A stretch of 64,000 bases of DNA, from positions 161,377,523-161,441,522 of the forward strand of contig NC_068982.1 of the NCBI RefSeq assembly GCF_001194135.2, in the 5' to 3' direction. Below, one piece after another: positions 13,147-25,501 of this stretch (its first letter is position 1; every line of letters begins with the position of its first letter). The DNA is from Octopus bimaculoides (lineage: Eukaryota). The notes under the pieces are model-generated. The model had not been told where the DNA came from and did not search any database. It worked only from the letters and a program-made list of their open reading frames with translations. The position numbers and the translations under genes are program-made.

Positions 13147-14759
13147 AATATTTAATTAACAGAAAATTAAAACAGGTGATGCCAACATTCAAGAAGTAGA
13201 TATTACACTGAATGATTACAAAAAAGTTGTTCATCTTTTGGAGGTTTCTGTTTAAGGTGTTCTCGTTTAGTCCCAGTTCAGTCCTCATCATGCAAGCTTA
13301 AGATCAAAGATGTTCTAGCATTGCCCATCCTGTCTTATTGTATTTCCAGACATTATTTGATGCATCCTTGTTCTAAGATAATGTAGTATGAGGGAGATTC
13401 AGCTGCTATTTCTAGCAGGTCAATTGATTGCATAGATGTTTCTCTTATTGATTCATCTTTATGAGCATGTTGGCCTTTGGGGTGTCTCCAGTGTACTTTA
13501 CATCAGTGAACCTTTTTAAAAGTGCATCAACAGATCACTGTCTTTTATACTCCATTCCTTTCTGATCAGCAATGCTCCTATTCTGTAAGTCATTCAAGAA
13601 AGAAGACCTAGTAAGTTGTCATATGAGAAAATACATCTCATATTTTCATAAATGTACATTTGAAAGAGTGCCCCCACCTCATTGATTCATATTTTTTTTT
13701 ATACTGGTTTAGTTGTTAGTTTTTAATGAAAAAGGTGTGTGTGTTTGTTTAACAAATAAATAATAGCTGAAAAGAAACTACTAACTTCTGTTTATTTAAA
13801 CTTGTTAGCAATTGTATTGAGGTACTGCTGTAATGTTAAGATTTCTTACTCAGTGTTAGTCATTTATTAGTGCTGCTTTGACTTGATTATTTGACCTAAT
13901 TTTGGTGGAATTTGTATGAATTGAGCACATTTTCTCCAGTATTTTTCTGCATAACCTGTTTAATAAGGTTGTTTTAATACAATAGTGTAGAAATAAGTTG
14001 TTAGTAAAGTAAACCTGCAATATGGCTTTTAGTTTTCTAAGGCCATAGCTATTTCGTTTTACTCTTATCACTAATGCTTTTCTTAATGAGAATACCACTT
14101 TGTTTCCATATCCATCTAACTGAAGTTTTCATTTAATGATTCTCAATTATATTGACCCAACCGAAATATCTCCCCACTTTTAGGGAGACTGAAAAATGAT
14201 GCAAATAAACTTAATATATTACTAAACTTTATATTCTGTTTCTCAATTGTTGATATTTCTCTTAGTACCTCTGCATTTTGAGAGCAGTCTAAAATAGACA
14301 GACCCTATTTGTTTAAACCTGATTACTAAATATCCTATATCTTGTCTCTCCTCCTCTCATCAATAAGCCTATCTATGTCCCATCCCCTCACACAGTATAC
14401 TGTTCTTCCTTCCTTGCTGCTCATGTTTCTCTCCAACCACTGATTTCCAACAGCTAAAACTGCACATTAACCCTGTTACCTCACCTAGTTTTAGCTATTT
14501 AATAACTATATCTCATTGACATGTAAGCACCACACTGCTCACGCATGATGCATACACTCGAGTATTTATTCAAAGGTTGAAACTGTTTAGTGCTAACAAA
14601 AGCTATTGCTCCCTAAATTTCTTCCATTTCTTCCTTATTATAATATTTTCACAACTACCCCACCACCAATATCAATTAAATTACCTAGGTAATAGACAAA
14701 AACTATCTACATCATTGACTGTGTTTGAAATATCTCCTGTCAATGTGAAGAAAAAATCA

Positions 14760-14960
14760 GGCCACAAGAAGTGTGTGCGTGTGGTTAAGAAGTTTACAAC
14801 CACATGGTTTCGGGTTCAGTCCCACTGCACAGCACCTAGGGTAAGTATCCTACTACAGGCAAACCAATCCTTGTGAATGATTCTGGTAGGCAGAAAGTGT
14901 AGGAAGCTTATGTGTACGTATGTGTGTGTTTGCATGAATGTATATGAATTTTATTTCATG
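14760..14960 (+). mobile_element. Older family-A-related SINE 5' half (similar + copies at ~38300-38470, ~45180-45380, ~49900-50050)
   Basis: Diverged TGTGGTTAAGAAGTTT...GGGTTCAGTCCCACTG...TTGGTAG head and body. Confidence 0.65.
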
Positions 14961-15312
14961 ACTTGTCACTGCTTGAGCAAAATGGTGGTGATGTTTACAT
15001 TCCTTGTTGGCATTATGACTAATTGCGTTGTGCTTTGAAAGACCTATATGAGATATAAAATGCCTCACTTGAAAATGGATAAAAGTTGGGAATAGGAAGA
15101 GCAGCCAGCTGTAAAATTCTGCCTGAAATGTCTCCACCCAACCCATGCTAGCATGGAAAAACAGGTGCTAAATGAACTCACTTTTTTGTGTTAAGTACTT
15201 TTACCTCTCGTCTGCACACTAAAATGCGTGTTTACATGTACTTCATTCTTTTTCTTGCTTTCTCTTTTTTTTTATCAATGGCTTGTAAAATAAGTGCTTT
15301 AGAATCTAGTAA

Positions 15313-16462
15313 TCTATATATATAAAAATGAGAATGTGTGTCTGTCTGTCTGTCTGTGTGAATCCCTAAAACTAGAGAACTACGCAACCAATTTCATTCA
15401 AATTTTACAGATGCCTTACTTAGGGTTCCAGTTGTGTTTTAGTCAAAAAAAATTTTAACTTCTTGCAGAGTTCGAGCCCACAGCAATATAATATCTCCTC
15501 CACTATTTAAGTATTACGTGTCAAAAGTGAAACAAAAACACTCATGTCAAATACTTTCACTTTAAAAATGAAACTATTCTACTAACTGAAACAATCACAT
15601 TTCGATACTGTAATGACAGATACATTCAGAGAGAGAGAGAAAGAGAGATGTATATGTATACATATAGATGTATATGTACACGTTATTCCACTAACTGAAA
15701 CANNNNNNNNNNNNNNNNNNNNNNNNNNNNNNNNNNNNNNNNNNNNNNNNNNNNNNNNNNNNNNNNNNNNNNNNNNNNNNNNNNNNNNNNNNNNNNNNNN
15801 NNNNNNNNNNNNNNNNNNNNNNNNNNNNNNNNNNNNNNNNNNNNNNNNNNNNNNNNNNNNNNNNNNNNNNNNNNNNNNNNNNNNNNNNNNNNNNNNNNNN
15901 NNNNNNNNNNNNNNNNNNNNNNNNNNNNNNNNNNNNNNNNNNNNNNNNNNNNNNNNNNNNNNNNNNNNNNNNNNNNNNNNNNNNNNNNNNNNNNNNNNNN
16001 NNNNNNNNNNNNNNNNNNNNNNNNNNNNNNNNNNNNNNNNNNNNNNNNNNNNNNNNNNNNNNNNNNNNNNNNNNNNNNNNNNNNNNNNNNNNNNNNNNNN
16101 NNNNNNNNNNNNNNNNNNNNNNNNNNNNNTAAATTGTCAAGTAAATGAGACGCATCTTTGCCTCCACTGATTCACTTGCAAAGTGTTGAGTAAAATTATT
16201 TCGTTGCAGACCTCCTTTGGGTCTTTTTATTATCACTACGACACACATAGTCCCCAGTTGGTAACATTGATTTCAAGGCCCTCCTAGATGAGAGACTGGC
16301 ATTCCACTTAATGTCTATGTTCCATGCTGGCATGGATTGGAGAGTTATTAATGTAGAAATATGGTATCGTAGCTACTAACAGTTGAGGGTTGCGTAGTCT
16401 AGACGGCGTTTTTAGATTTCATTATTCTCTTTAATCCGGGCAAAGCCGGGTATTTCTGCTAG
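15313..16462 (+). mobile_element. Non-autonomous Helitron (spans gap 15703-16129)
   Basis: A|TCTATATATATAAAAATGAG 5' end followed by a (TGTC)n microsatellite; 3' imperfect hairpin CCGGGCAAAGCCGGG (16436-50) then CTAG|T at 16459-63. This is the classic A|TC...CTAG|T signature. Confidence 0.8.
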
Positions 16463-16470
16463 TATAATAT

Positions 16471-17635
16471 AAAAGGTGCAACAGTATCAAAGAAAGGTTA
16501 ACTGGGAAGATAGTTTTTGTGTGTGGCAGATGCGCAGGGGCAATAAACACTGAAGATGTACAGAAAACAGATTCCGTCACATGCCAGGAGGGAAAACCTA
16601 GAAGTAGTTAATAGCTGACACGACCTAGGCAACGAAGTCTGTAGTGGGGGTGCTTGCTCTGAGAGTGTAGCAGCCAGAATAAGAATAACCTGGGCAAAGT
16701 TCAGGGAGCTCTTACCTCTGCTGGCAACTAAGGGCCTCTCGCTCAAGGTGAAAGGTAGACTGTATGATGCATGTGTGCAAACTGCCATGCTACATGACAG
16801 TGAAACTGGTTTGTGACTGCTGAGGACATGTGTAGGCTTGAAAGAAATGAAGCTAGTATGGTCTACTAGATGTGTAATGTCAGTGTGCTTACATGACAGT
16901 GTAAGCTCCCTGAGAGAAACGTTGGGCATAAGAAGCATCAAATGTGGTGTGCAAGAGAGACTGCTGGTATAGTCATGTGTTACGTATGGATGAGGACAGC
17001 TGTGTGAGGAAGTGCCACTCCCTAACTGTGAAAGGGACCTGTGGAAGAGGTAGACCCAGAAAGACATGGTAAAGCATGACCTTTGAACATTGGGCCTCAC
17101 AGAGGCAATGACAGGAGGCTGAGACCTTTGGAGATATTCTGTGATTGAGAAGACCCGGCAACTAAAGTGAGATTGCAGCCATGGCTGATGCCAGTTTTGC
17201 ATGTCCGGCCCATTTAAGAGTACCCCTAATGTGTCAGGCAATATGATATGCTTGAGAAGACCTGTTGAGTCCAGTAAAACCAAAATTGTATCTGTAGCCA
17301 GTGCCCTCTGACTGGTTCCCAATCCGGTGGCATGTAAAATGCATCATCTGAATGTGATCAATACCAGTGTCTCCTGACTGGCTCCCATGCTGGTGGCACA
17401 TAAAAAGCACTATCCAAATGTGATCGATGCCAGTCCCGCTTGATTGGCTCCTGTGCCGGTGGCATGTAAAAAGGACCCACTACACTCTCAGAGTGGTTGG
17501 CGTTAGGAAGGGCATTCAGCTGTAGAAACATTGCCAGATCAAATTGGAGCCTGGTGCAGCCACTGGCTCTCTAGATCTCAAACTGTCCAACCTATGCCAC
17601 CATGGAAAACATATATTAAACAATGATGATGATGA
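16471..17635 (+). mobile_element. 5'-truncated RTE-clade LINE copy with 3' UTR and (GAT)n tail
   Basis: Colinear with 62225-62930 of the longer RTE copy (e.g. RIRITWAKFRELLPLLATKGLSLKVKGRLYDACV); degraded by frameshifts. Flanked by TATATAAT at 16463-70 and 17636-43 (TSD). Confidence 0.9.
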
Positions 17636-17661
17636 TATATAATATAAAATATTATTATTCA

Positions 17662-17880
17662 GGCAGCGAGTTGGCAGAATTGTTAGCATGCCAGGCAAAA
17701 TGCTTAGCAGCATTTTGTCCATCTTTACATTCTGAGTTCAAATTCCGCTGAGTTTGACTTTGCCCATCATCTTTTTGGAGTCAATAAATTATCAGTGAAA
17801 TGCTGGGGGTTGATGTAATTAACTAGTCCCCTCCATACAAAGGCCTTGTACCTTTAGTAGAAAGGATTATTATTATTATA
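17662..17880 (+). mobile_element. tRNA-derived SINE (family B)
   Basis: Same head and B-box as the 12953 copy; (ATT)n tail. Confidence 0.8.
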
Positions 17881-20842
17881 ACAACATATAGTATATATAA
17901 CTCCTAGTAAATGTGAGTTCTACTCTTATTTGTCCATTCACTTGTGTGTATGCATGCATTTGTGTATACACACATGCACACAAAGTTAAAAATGAAACAT
18001 CAATCAAAATTTTAAAAATTCTACCAGAATTATATAATTGAATTATTATTCCCTGAAATGTCTGTTATCTAAGTCATATCTTGAAGAAACTATTTTATTG
18101 TCCTAATTATTACATGTCTTTAGTTTACATTGCCACCCACCACATCTGTTATCATACTGGGGTTTTTTTTGTTTTTCTTTTGTAAGCCAGTTTCAGTTAT
18201 AACATGCTAATGTTATGTTGATGTTGGATACTTGTTCCAGCTCCCTTATTTTCTATTTCAGTTTATAAAAACACCTCAAGATAGGAAAGTGTGTAATTTA
18301 AAAATCCCCTCATTCAAAATGTCCACCCTTTTGACTTTACAATTCTCTTAGGTTTAAAATTGCTTTCCTATCCTTATCTTCTAGTTTTAAGTAAACATTT
18401 GATAGTTGATGTTGGTTACATGGGTCTATCGCTCACAATGTACATCACTTTGAAATACTTTCTACATTGATATTGTATCACTTATTTATTGTTGGGTGTG
18501 GCTGTTTTATTTTTATATCTTACTGAGTGGAATTGTAGCAATAACTTTTATAACCGGATTCCTTCTCTAAGTGCCAATTATTCCATTTGAGAAATTATAT
18601 ATAAGGACGGCTGTATTGCTGTGAAGCTAGGAATAATGTCTCATACGATATGAACTTCCTTTGTGTGATTAGAGACACAAGGTTCTGTTTTGTTTGATGT
18701 AATTAAAAATAAAACTGGAGGTTGTTATAGTGAAATAAGGCAGGGTTCTTGCAGATAGACTATTTTGGATTGAAGTTAATATTCACAGTTTGAAAATATA
18801 AAAAAAGAATCAAAAACCTGAAATCTGAATTTAGAACTGGTTGGTATAGTAATGTTCATGGTGTCTAGCCTCAGGGCAACCCTAAGATCCAGCAAATATA
18901 TGATCAAAGTTGCTTCAGCTTGTGACTCTCGCCTCTTTTATTCAGATGTATTGTATCTAGGACTACATTATCTTATATATTCTTACTTTTGTAAAGTACT
19001 AAGACATAAAGAATGTAAGTAAGAATTAGTTTGTGTATTTTGTACTGAATCTCCCTTGTTAACTTTTGATGATTTAAAACTGGTATTATTTCCAACTAGA
19101 AGAGTAATCTGCTGTTTATCTGTATGTAACCTAATATAAGGTATGTTTGATATTATAGACTTTTCATGAATCCCTTGCCCAAACTAATGATATTCTTTCT
19201 ATCACATCTGAACACCAGTGACAATAATGATGATTCATTTTAGTTTATCTTGTTATTTCCTCATCATCACTTTCTATGTAAACAGGTTAGCTAATGTATC
19301 AACCATTGAGATTTAGGTTTTTTTCTATTTACATTCTACTAACTATATATTCTGCTTTACAACAATTTATTACTCATTATGATGTATCTTTACTGTCTAA
19401 GTCATATATCTTGAAGAAAATGTTTACATTCCCAGCCACCAACTCTTCCGGCATCCACCACAGCTCTTCCTAGTTTCATTCATACTGCATCATTGACTGC
19501 TATAATTCCTATAGTCCTTCTGACATCAACTTTATTCTGTTACTTATGTTTTTCTATTTAACATCTAATGCTTTCTTACAAAGGAGAATTCCTTTCTGAT
19601 CAACAACCAAAATACTCTCTAAATGTTGGCAAGCACTATAGCTGAGAAGCTACTAGACTACTAAGCACATAATCTTAAGTTGATACCCTACTGTCTTTCT
19701 GATATATTCCTGTACATGATATAACTTAGCTTTCACCAGCTGGTAAAAAAAAAATCAGATTTCACATATTTCGCTGTAGAATAAATAAGTAGGGAACATC
19801 ATTAAACTATAAAAAATAATTGCTCCACAGTTGCTAATGAAGGAACCTCTATCTAGTCACTTGAAATCAATCCGGTTACCTTACCATCTTTAAAAAAATG
19901 AATATATTGAATGACTAATGAAGTCCTATATGAATGAAATAGCTTTAATTGATCAAGGTTGGTGTGGGACTAAATAATAATTGTTCCAACAAGTAAGCCA
20001 TTTGACGAATGAAAACAGATTTATATGAATCAGCAGAAAGTGTTATTACATGACATGCTACTAACTTATTCTTTATCAGTAATTGATATGTCATTAAAGT
20101 GAGTTGTTACATGGGTATAAGGCCTTGGATTTCCTGAAGGAAACAAGATTGTATTACATATATGGGGTAGAGTTTCTTGAGAATCAGTACCTCCTCAGAG
20201 TTAAATTATTATCAGCAGAAATTGAAATAGATATGTGGACTGCCAGGAGATTGCCTTTACATAGTTTAGTAGACTGTTCTGACATTCTATCCTTTCAGTT
20301 TACCTGAAATGTCACTGCATCATGCAGATATTAAATACAGTATTTCTCCTAAGGAAGGAAAGCTGTAAAGATTGATAAAGAAGAGGTAAACGAATTGCTG
20401 TTACATAAAATTAACATGGTTTTAAACTTTTTGTCCAACTCCATTTTGTTTTCTCATTAAAAGAGGGTGGAGTGGTGAAAATTTTCAGTAATCTTTTTAG
20501 AGGAGTACTCAGTTTAATACATTGAACATGGCAAACACAGTAACTTTGCTTTCAGTTTTAAGTAATCAAGACTTGCAAGTGTACAAAAGAGATCTAACTA
20601 TTGTTGAACAAGGCTTAACCAAAAAACAAGAGTAACAATTCAGAAGATTTTTTAATAGGTTGATCTGCTAATCTCAGTTAATAAAAATATGCAATGCAGT
20701 GAAGGGAAGAATAAATTGATGTGTCAGTCTTATTAGACCACCTCACATACTTGAGGCATAGTCATTCATACAGAAATAATTTATTCTCAAACACATGATA
20801 ATGCTAATACAATAGCATGAACTGCAGAAAAATCTGTTACTG

Positions 20843-20913
20843 GCTTGCCATGAAACTTGAACTCGCATCCTTATGATTATGCGTCAAGTGTTTTACCTTT
20901 AAGCTAAACTGCC
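20843..20913 (-). pseudogene. Second, inverted copy of the tRNA-like sequence
   Basis: Reverse complement GGCAGTTTAGCTTAAAGGTAAAACACTTGACGCATAATCATAAGGATGCGAGTTCAAGTTTCATGGCAAGC; same length (71 nt) and colinear with 21194-21264. Confidence 0.6.
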
Positions 20914-21193
20914 CATTATGAATTCTTCTGCAATTTGAGGATTCATAAGTTTAGCTTTATAAGATGCTAATGTTAAATTCAACTTAGGATGAAAGTAAAC
21001 AAAGTTTGCTTTAGAAGCTATTGTATTAGCATTATCATACATTTGAGAATAAATTATTTCTGTATCTTTCAATACATCTCGACACTTCTAAAGCAAATTT
21101 TGTTAGTTTACTTTCATCATAAGTTGAATTTAACATTAGTGTCTTATAAAGCTAGATTTATAAATCCTAAAATTGCAGAAGAATTCGTTACTG

Positions 21194-21264
21194 GGCAGTT
21201 TAGCTTAAAGGTAAAGCACTTGACGCGTAATCACAGGGATGTGAGTTTGAGTCTCATGGCTGGC
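21194..21264 (+). pseudogene. tRNA-Thr(CGT)-like pseudogene
   Basis: Cloverleaf remnants: acceptor GGCAGTT/GGCTGGC (imperfect), TA, D-arm GCTT-AAAGGTA-AAGC, anticodon arm CTTGA-CGCGTAA-TCACA (CGT at 21226-28), T-arm GTGAG-TTTGAGT-CTCAT; TTTTT about 10 nt downstream. Confidence 0.65.
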
Positions 21265-22339
21265 CGGCAATGAATTTTTCTGCAATATATGGATAGTTTA
21301 TCCTGTTCATGCTATTGTATTAGCATTATCATGCATTTGAGGATAAATTACTTCTGCATCTTTCAACGCTTCTAAAGCAAACTTTGTTTGTTTACTTTCA
21401 TTGTAAGTTGAATTTATAGTCATGTATCTGTAAGATTGATTAAAAAAAAAAAACTATATTCATATACAGGCACTGTACATATATTGGTATATTAGTCTGA
21501 AGGAAATAGCTGAAAAATATTATCTGCTTGGTAAGCGATGACATGCTGATACATGTGCAATTTTTATTGTTTAATCCCAGATCAGCTCTGATTCAGCAAA
21601 TTTATCAGGGATTCCAAATTGTGACCATCCCATCTTTTATCCAGACTTTGTGTATGCTAGAACGACTTTATCCAATATGTCAATCCCTTTTTTAAAGTGT
21701 TTGGGCGTAATTTCAAGTTCTTTTTGACTGACTACAAAGAGGTTTTGTATCCATTGTCCAGATACAGTTGTACCAAAGAGAGAAAAAAAAAACTAGTATT
21801 CTCACACCTCCTCACAACAAAATGTTCAACATCTATGACAATGGTAACATTCTTTGTATTTTGAAATACTTGAAAAATCTCTAAGCATGTGTTAATGAAA
21901 GAAAGACATTCACAAGCCATCAGGAATTTGCATTTATTGGTATAAAATACATTATAATGCACTCATTCACATACATTATATACACTCATTCATACACCAC
22001 TCATTCATACACATAATTTAATAAATGTATATGTCTATGAATGGATTTGATATCTTGTTTACTAAATGGTTGCAGAAAATCTCTGCAATAAAACATACAC
22101 TAAATGTAAAAGTCATTCAACACCTATTTTGTATGTGAGAAATACTACTATCTGGGCAGCTTTTCCTAATTTATGCAACACACACACACACTTCATAGGT
22201 TTTGTTTATTTTTTTAAATATCTCTAGAATTGTGTAGTCTTGCGGCCATTCTTAATTAAAATAATTGGAGGAAAAATTGGTTGCTATTTCTTGTAGGTCA
22301 AGTAAATGCATTGGGACTTTTCATTATTGGCTTGGAGTA

Positions 22340-22505
22340 ATCTTAAGTCGTTTAGCCTCAGATCAGCCTAGATCAAACAGACCTATGATAGAAAGCATTC
22401 CACTTAAGACAAGTCCATCTTTTTGTACATCAAAAACTATATTGTTTATTAGATCTTCTAAGATAAGGAAATTGACTTGCTATTTCCAGCAAGTCAAGTG
22501 ACCAC
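22340..22505. repeat. Unclassified old dispersed repeat (family D; related pieces at ~10470, 13300, 21560, 26480, 26845, 31320, 36180, 37570, 41580, 49260, 52070, 54580)
   Basis: Recurring motifs TTTAACC..AGGTCAGCCCTGATC..GCAGACCTATGATC and TTTGGCTGCTATTTCTAGCAGGTC on both strands; class not determinable by eye. Confidence 0.5.
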
Positions 22506-25280
22506 TCAAACTTCTTTGCAGACCATTAAATCCAGGTGATATCCATTGATATCATTTCGAGTGGGGAGAATATTGTTTCGTAGTAACACAGTAGGCAGAC
22601 CAGCCAATACTCTCAATATTCTTGCCTACCAGAAAACAACTTTCTCTTAAACTATTCATATTTCATTCCTTCAGAGATGTGTTTAGTGTATGTAAGAGGT
22701 AATATGAATTGTTTTTCATTATTTCAGTTTCGCAGACATGGCCTGTCATGTATACATATTCATGGGAATGTGCACAAATCTTGATATTTCACTTGATGTT
22801 TGGCATAATGACTGGTTACACTAATCTTTCAAAGATCTATGAAATATAAAAATTCCTAACATGGAAAAAAGGTGAGGGTTAGCGATAGGAAGAGCATCTA
22901 GCCATAAAATTTTACTTCATATCAATCCCTGTCCTGCTCATGCTGGCATAGACACATGGATGTTGAATGAATGAATGAGAAAAATGGGTGGTGTAAGATG
23001 TGATTTACTGTATGTGTAACATAGGGAGAAAGATAACTTGCGAGAGGAAGAGATTATAGTGTTTCAGTTACATGCATATATCTATATGTTTCGTAAATGA
23101 ATAAATATTCAACAAATGTTTACATAGATATTATTATTGGTTATTATTAATAAAATAAATAACAATAATATAAGAGGCCAGCAAGCAAAAGCCGATACAT
23201 AGCAAATCCCAAATTTTATAATTGAGTGCAACACAAGGTGCCAACATTGCTGTAAAAATCAGTGTCAAAAAAACCCTAATAACCACCATTTCACTGATTT
23301 ACTTACAACATGCACTTTTCAAATAAGGATTTATGTGTGTAAATGTGTGTGTGTTAGTATATTAACAATCTATAAATATATAGACTGTATATCGAACATT
23401 GACATCATGTATCCAGTTGATTGTTAAAAACAAATACAAAATAAAACTGATCAGGGATTTTGAATCTTCAAGATCAGCTTCCATCTGAAACTGTCTCCTA
23501 TTTACATTTTTTTTTTTCTTCCCAATAGTTCATAAGCATTCCCACTGAGTTTTTCAAATCCTCAAAAACAGTTAACAATGTGCACAAACTTCTGACTGGT
23601 CGCTCTCTTCAGTAAAAGAAACCATTTTAAACCTCCTCCCCTTCCACTTTAATTTCTCATGCACTTTATTATTCACAGTGTATTTTATTTTCATAAATGC
23701 TGTAAATTGTTTTGCTGTTGTTTAGGCACAAGTCAACCTTGATCCAATCAATCAATTAACCAAATCAGAGGCAATCTAACAATGTCTATTACCCCTAAAA
23801 GAGTTGCATACTCTGACTATGTTATCCAACATGTCTTTTTTAAAAGGGAGTGTGGTTTGAAGAAGATTTGGTTGTTATTTCTAGTAGAGTGAGTTTTAGC
23901 TTTTAGTCAAGATAACCCCATAGTGCTGTTATCTAAAATAATTGATGTATTTATATCCAAATTAAAATCTCCGGCAAAGTTTTATGATTTCATGAATAGA
24001 CTGAAGACTGAATCTTTGGAATCTCTTGGTGGATTTTTCTTAACTGTATAAACTGATTAGTCAATGAAGTGACACCACGAGGTCAAGAAGACCCTGTAGT
24101 CTTGTTGAAGACATGGCAACTGCTCTAGTGCTAGTGCCATGATAAAATGCACCCATTACACTCTGTAAAGTGGTTGATGATAGGATGGGCAGCCAGTTAT
24201 ATAAACCAACCCCAAAATGAAATTTACAAATGAAACATGGTCCTGTAACTACCAATAAGAAGTGACTTGAGCTGTGATAATCTGTCCAAATTCTGCCAGC
24301 ATGAATGGATGTAAAATGATGATGATGATGATGCATCCAATTGTATTTCCAGTTTCTTCAAAAATATTCATTAATAAGTTAATGTCTGTTGACTAAACCC
24401 TTTGATTTTTTAATTAAAGCACATATGTAGTCCATAATTTGCTAGAAATAGAGTTAAAATATACAAGAATACCTGTATACCAGCATATCTGTAACTGCAG
24501 GACCTAAAGATTAGTAACTATAATTACAAATGAAAGTTTATACCTCTGAATGGCCACTATAATTACTCTCATTTTCATTCAAAAACTTGTCTCAGAATAT
24601 TTTGGCACTGTTCCTGCACTGCATCTTAATCATTAACGTTAGGCAGCTAAATTTGGTAAATTCCTTGGGAAAATGGATATGAAAACATGATTTGTTATTA
24701 TGAATGAAATGTTGAAATAAGATAAGTATATGTTGGCGTGGCATATGTTAAATACATCATATTCTTCAACTCTGTGTTTTGTTAATAGTGATAATTGGAC
24801 AAGATAAACAAGTTACTAAATTTTATGTGAATATGAGAAAACTCAGTCAAGATTAGTTTCAAGATAATTTTTTTAAGAAGTTATGTTGACATTATCTCAA
24901 GATTTGCTAATTTGTTGATTATTATTTATTCTTAAATGATCTTTCATCATTTCAAATGGCTGAAGCTGCAAAATTTTTATATTTGGTAATGGATCAAACA
25001 GCAAATGTATTTCATATTATGTTAAATGGAAAAAACAAATGATCATTTCTCTACTTTGATTTCATATTCCTTTTTATTTTATTGTAATGAATTGGATAAA
25101 TTATTTTTGTTTAAAACTGCTGCAATTATTTAAAACTTTGTTTGTTTGTTTTTCTGCTGTTTGTTTATAACTTTAAAAAATGTTTGTCATAAATGTTGAT
25201 AAAACGTTTTGGTCTTCATTATCTTGTCTTTGTGTGATATTTTATGAGCTAGGTTAGCAATTTAACCTTGTACCTCCTTA

Positions 25281-25501
25281 GCCTTTAGCATTTAAACCAG
25301 CCATACTCAACACAAATATTTTACCTGGCATGCATTCAAACCAGCTGGATCCAGCCTCTCATATTAACACCAAAATGTCATTGTTAAAATATACAATCAC
25401 ATCATCAAAATCTCAAAGCTGCAAGATAATGCATGATTAACTTCAAAACAATGTGAAGAGAAAAGCATTACATTTGATAGGGTAATCTGAATGCTAAATG
25501 G
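25281..25501. mobile_element. piggyBac-like MITE, same family, opposite orientation, degenerate ends
   Basis: CCTTTAGCATTT...AATGCTAAATGG ends; internal sequence is the reverse complement of the 9166 and 46456 copies. Confidence 0.6.

Larger units (their letters stand above)
20768..21416. repeat. Foldback (arms ~20768-21017 and ~21085-21359) plus direct repeat (21018-21132 / 21312-21416, 294-bp period)
   Basis: Aligned by eye; arms are highly similar in reverse complement, with one ~20-nt indel in the right arm. Confidence 0.85.

Noticed and set aside
16498-17322. 274-aa minus-strand ORF
   Set aside because: Antisense to the RTE coding region, with no recognisable domain; shadow ORF. The same applies to minus ORFs at 60885, 61435, 61650, 62376 and 62736.
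17297-17480. Regular 66-bp repeats that could look CRISPR-like
   Set aside because: The units are degenerate copies of one another with no unique spacers, lie inside a LINE 3' UTR in an animal genome, and have no cas genes nearby.
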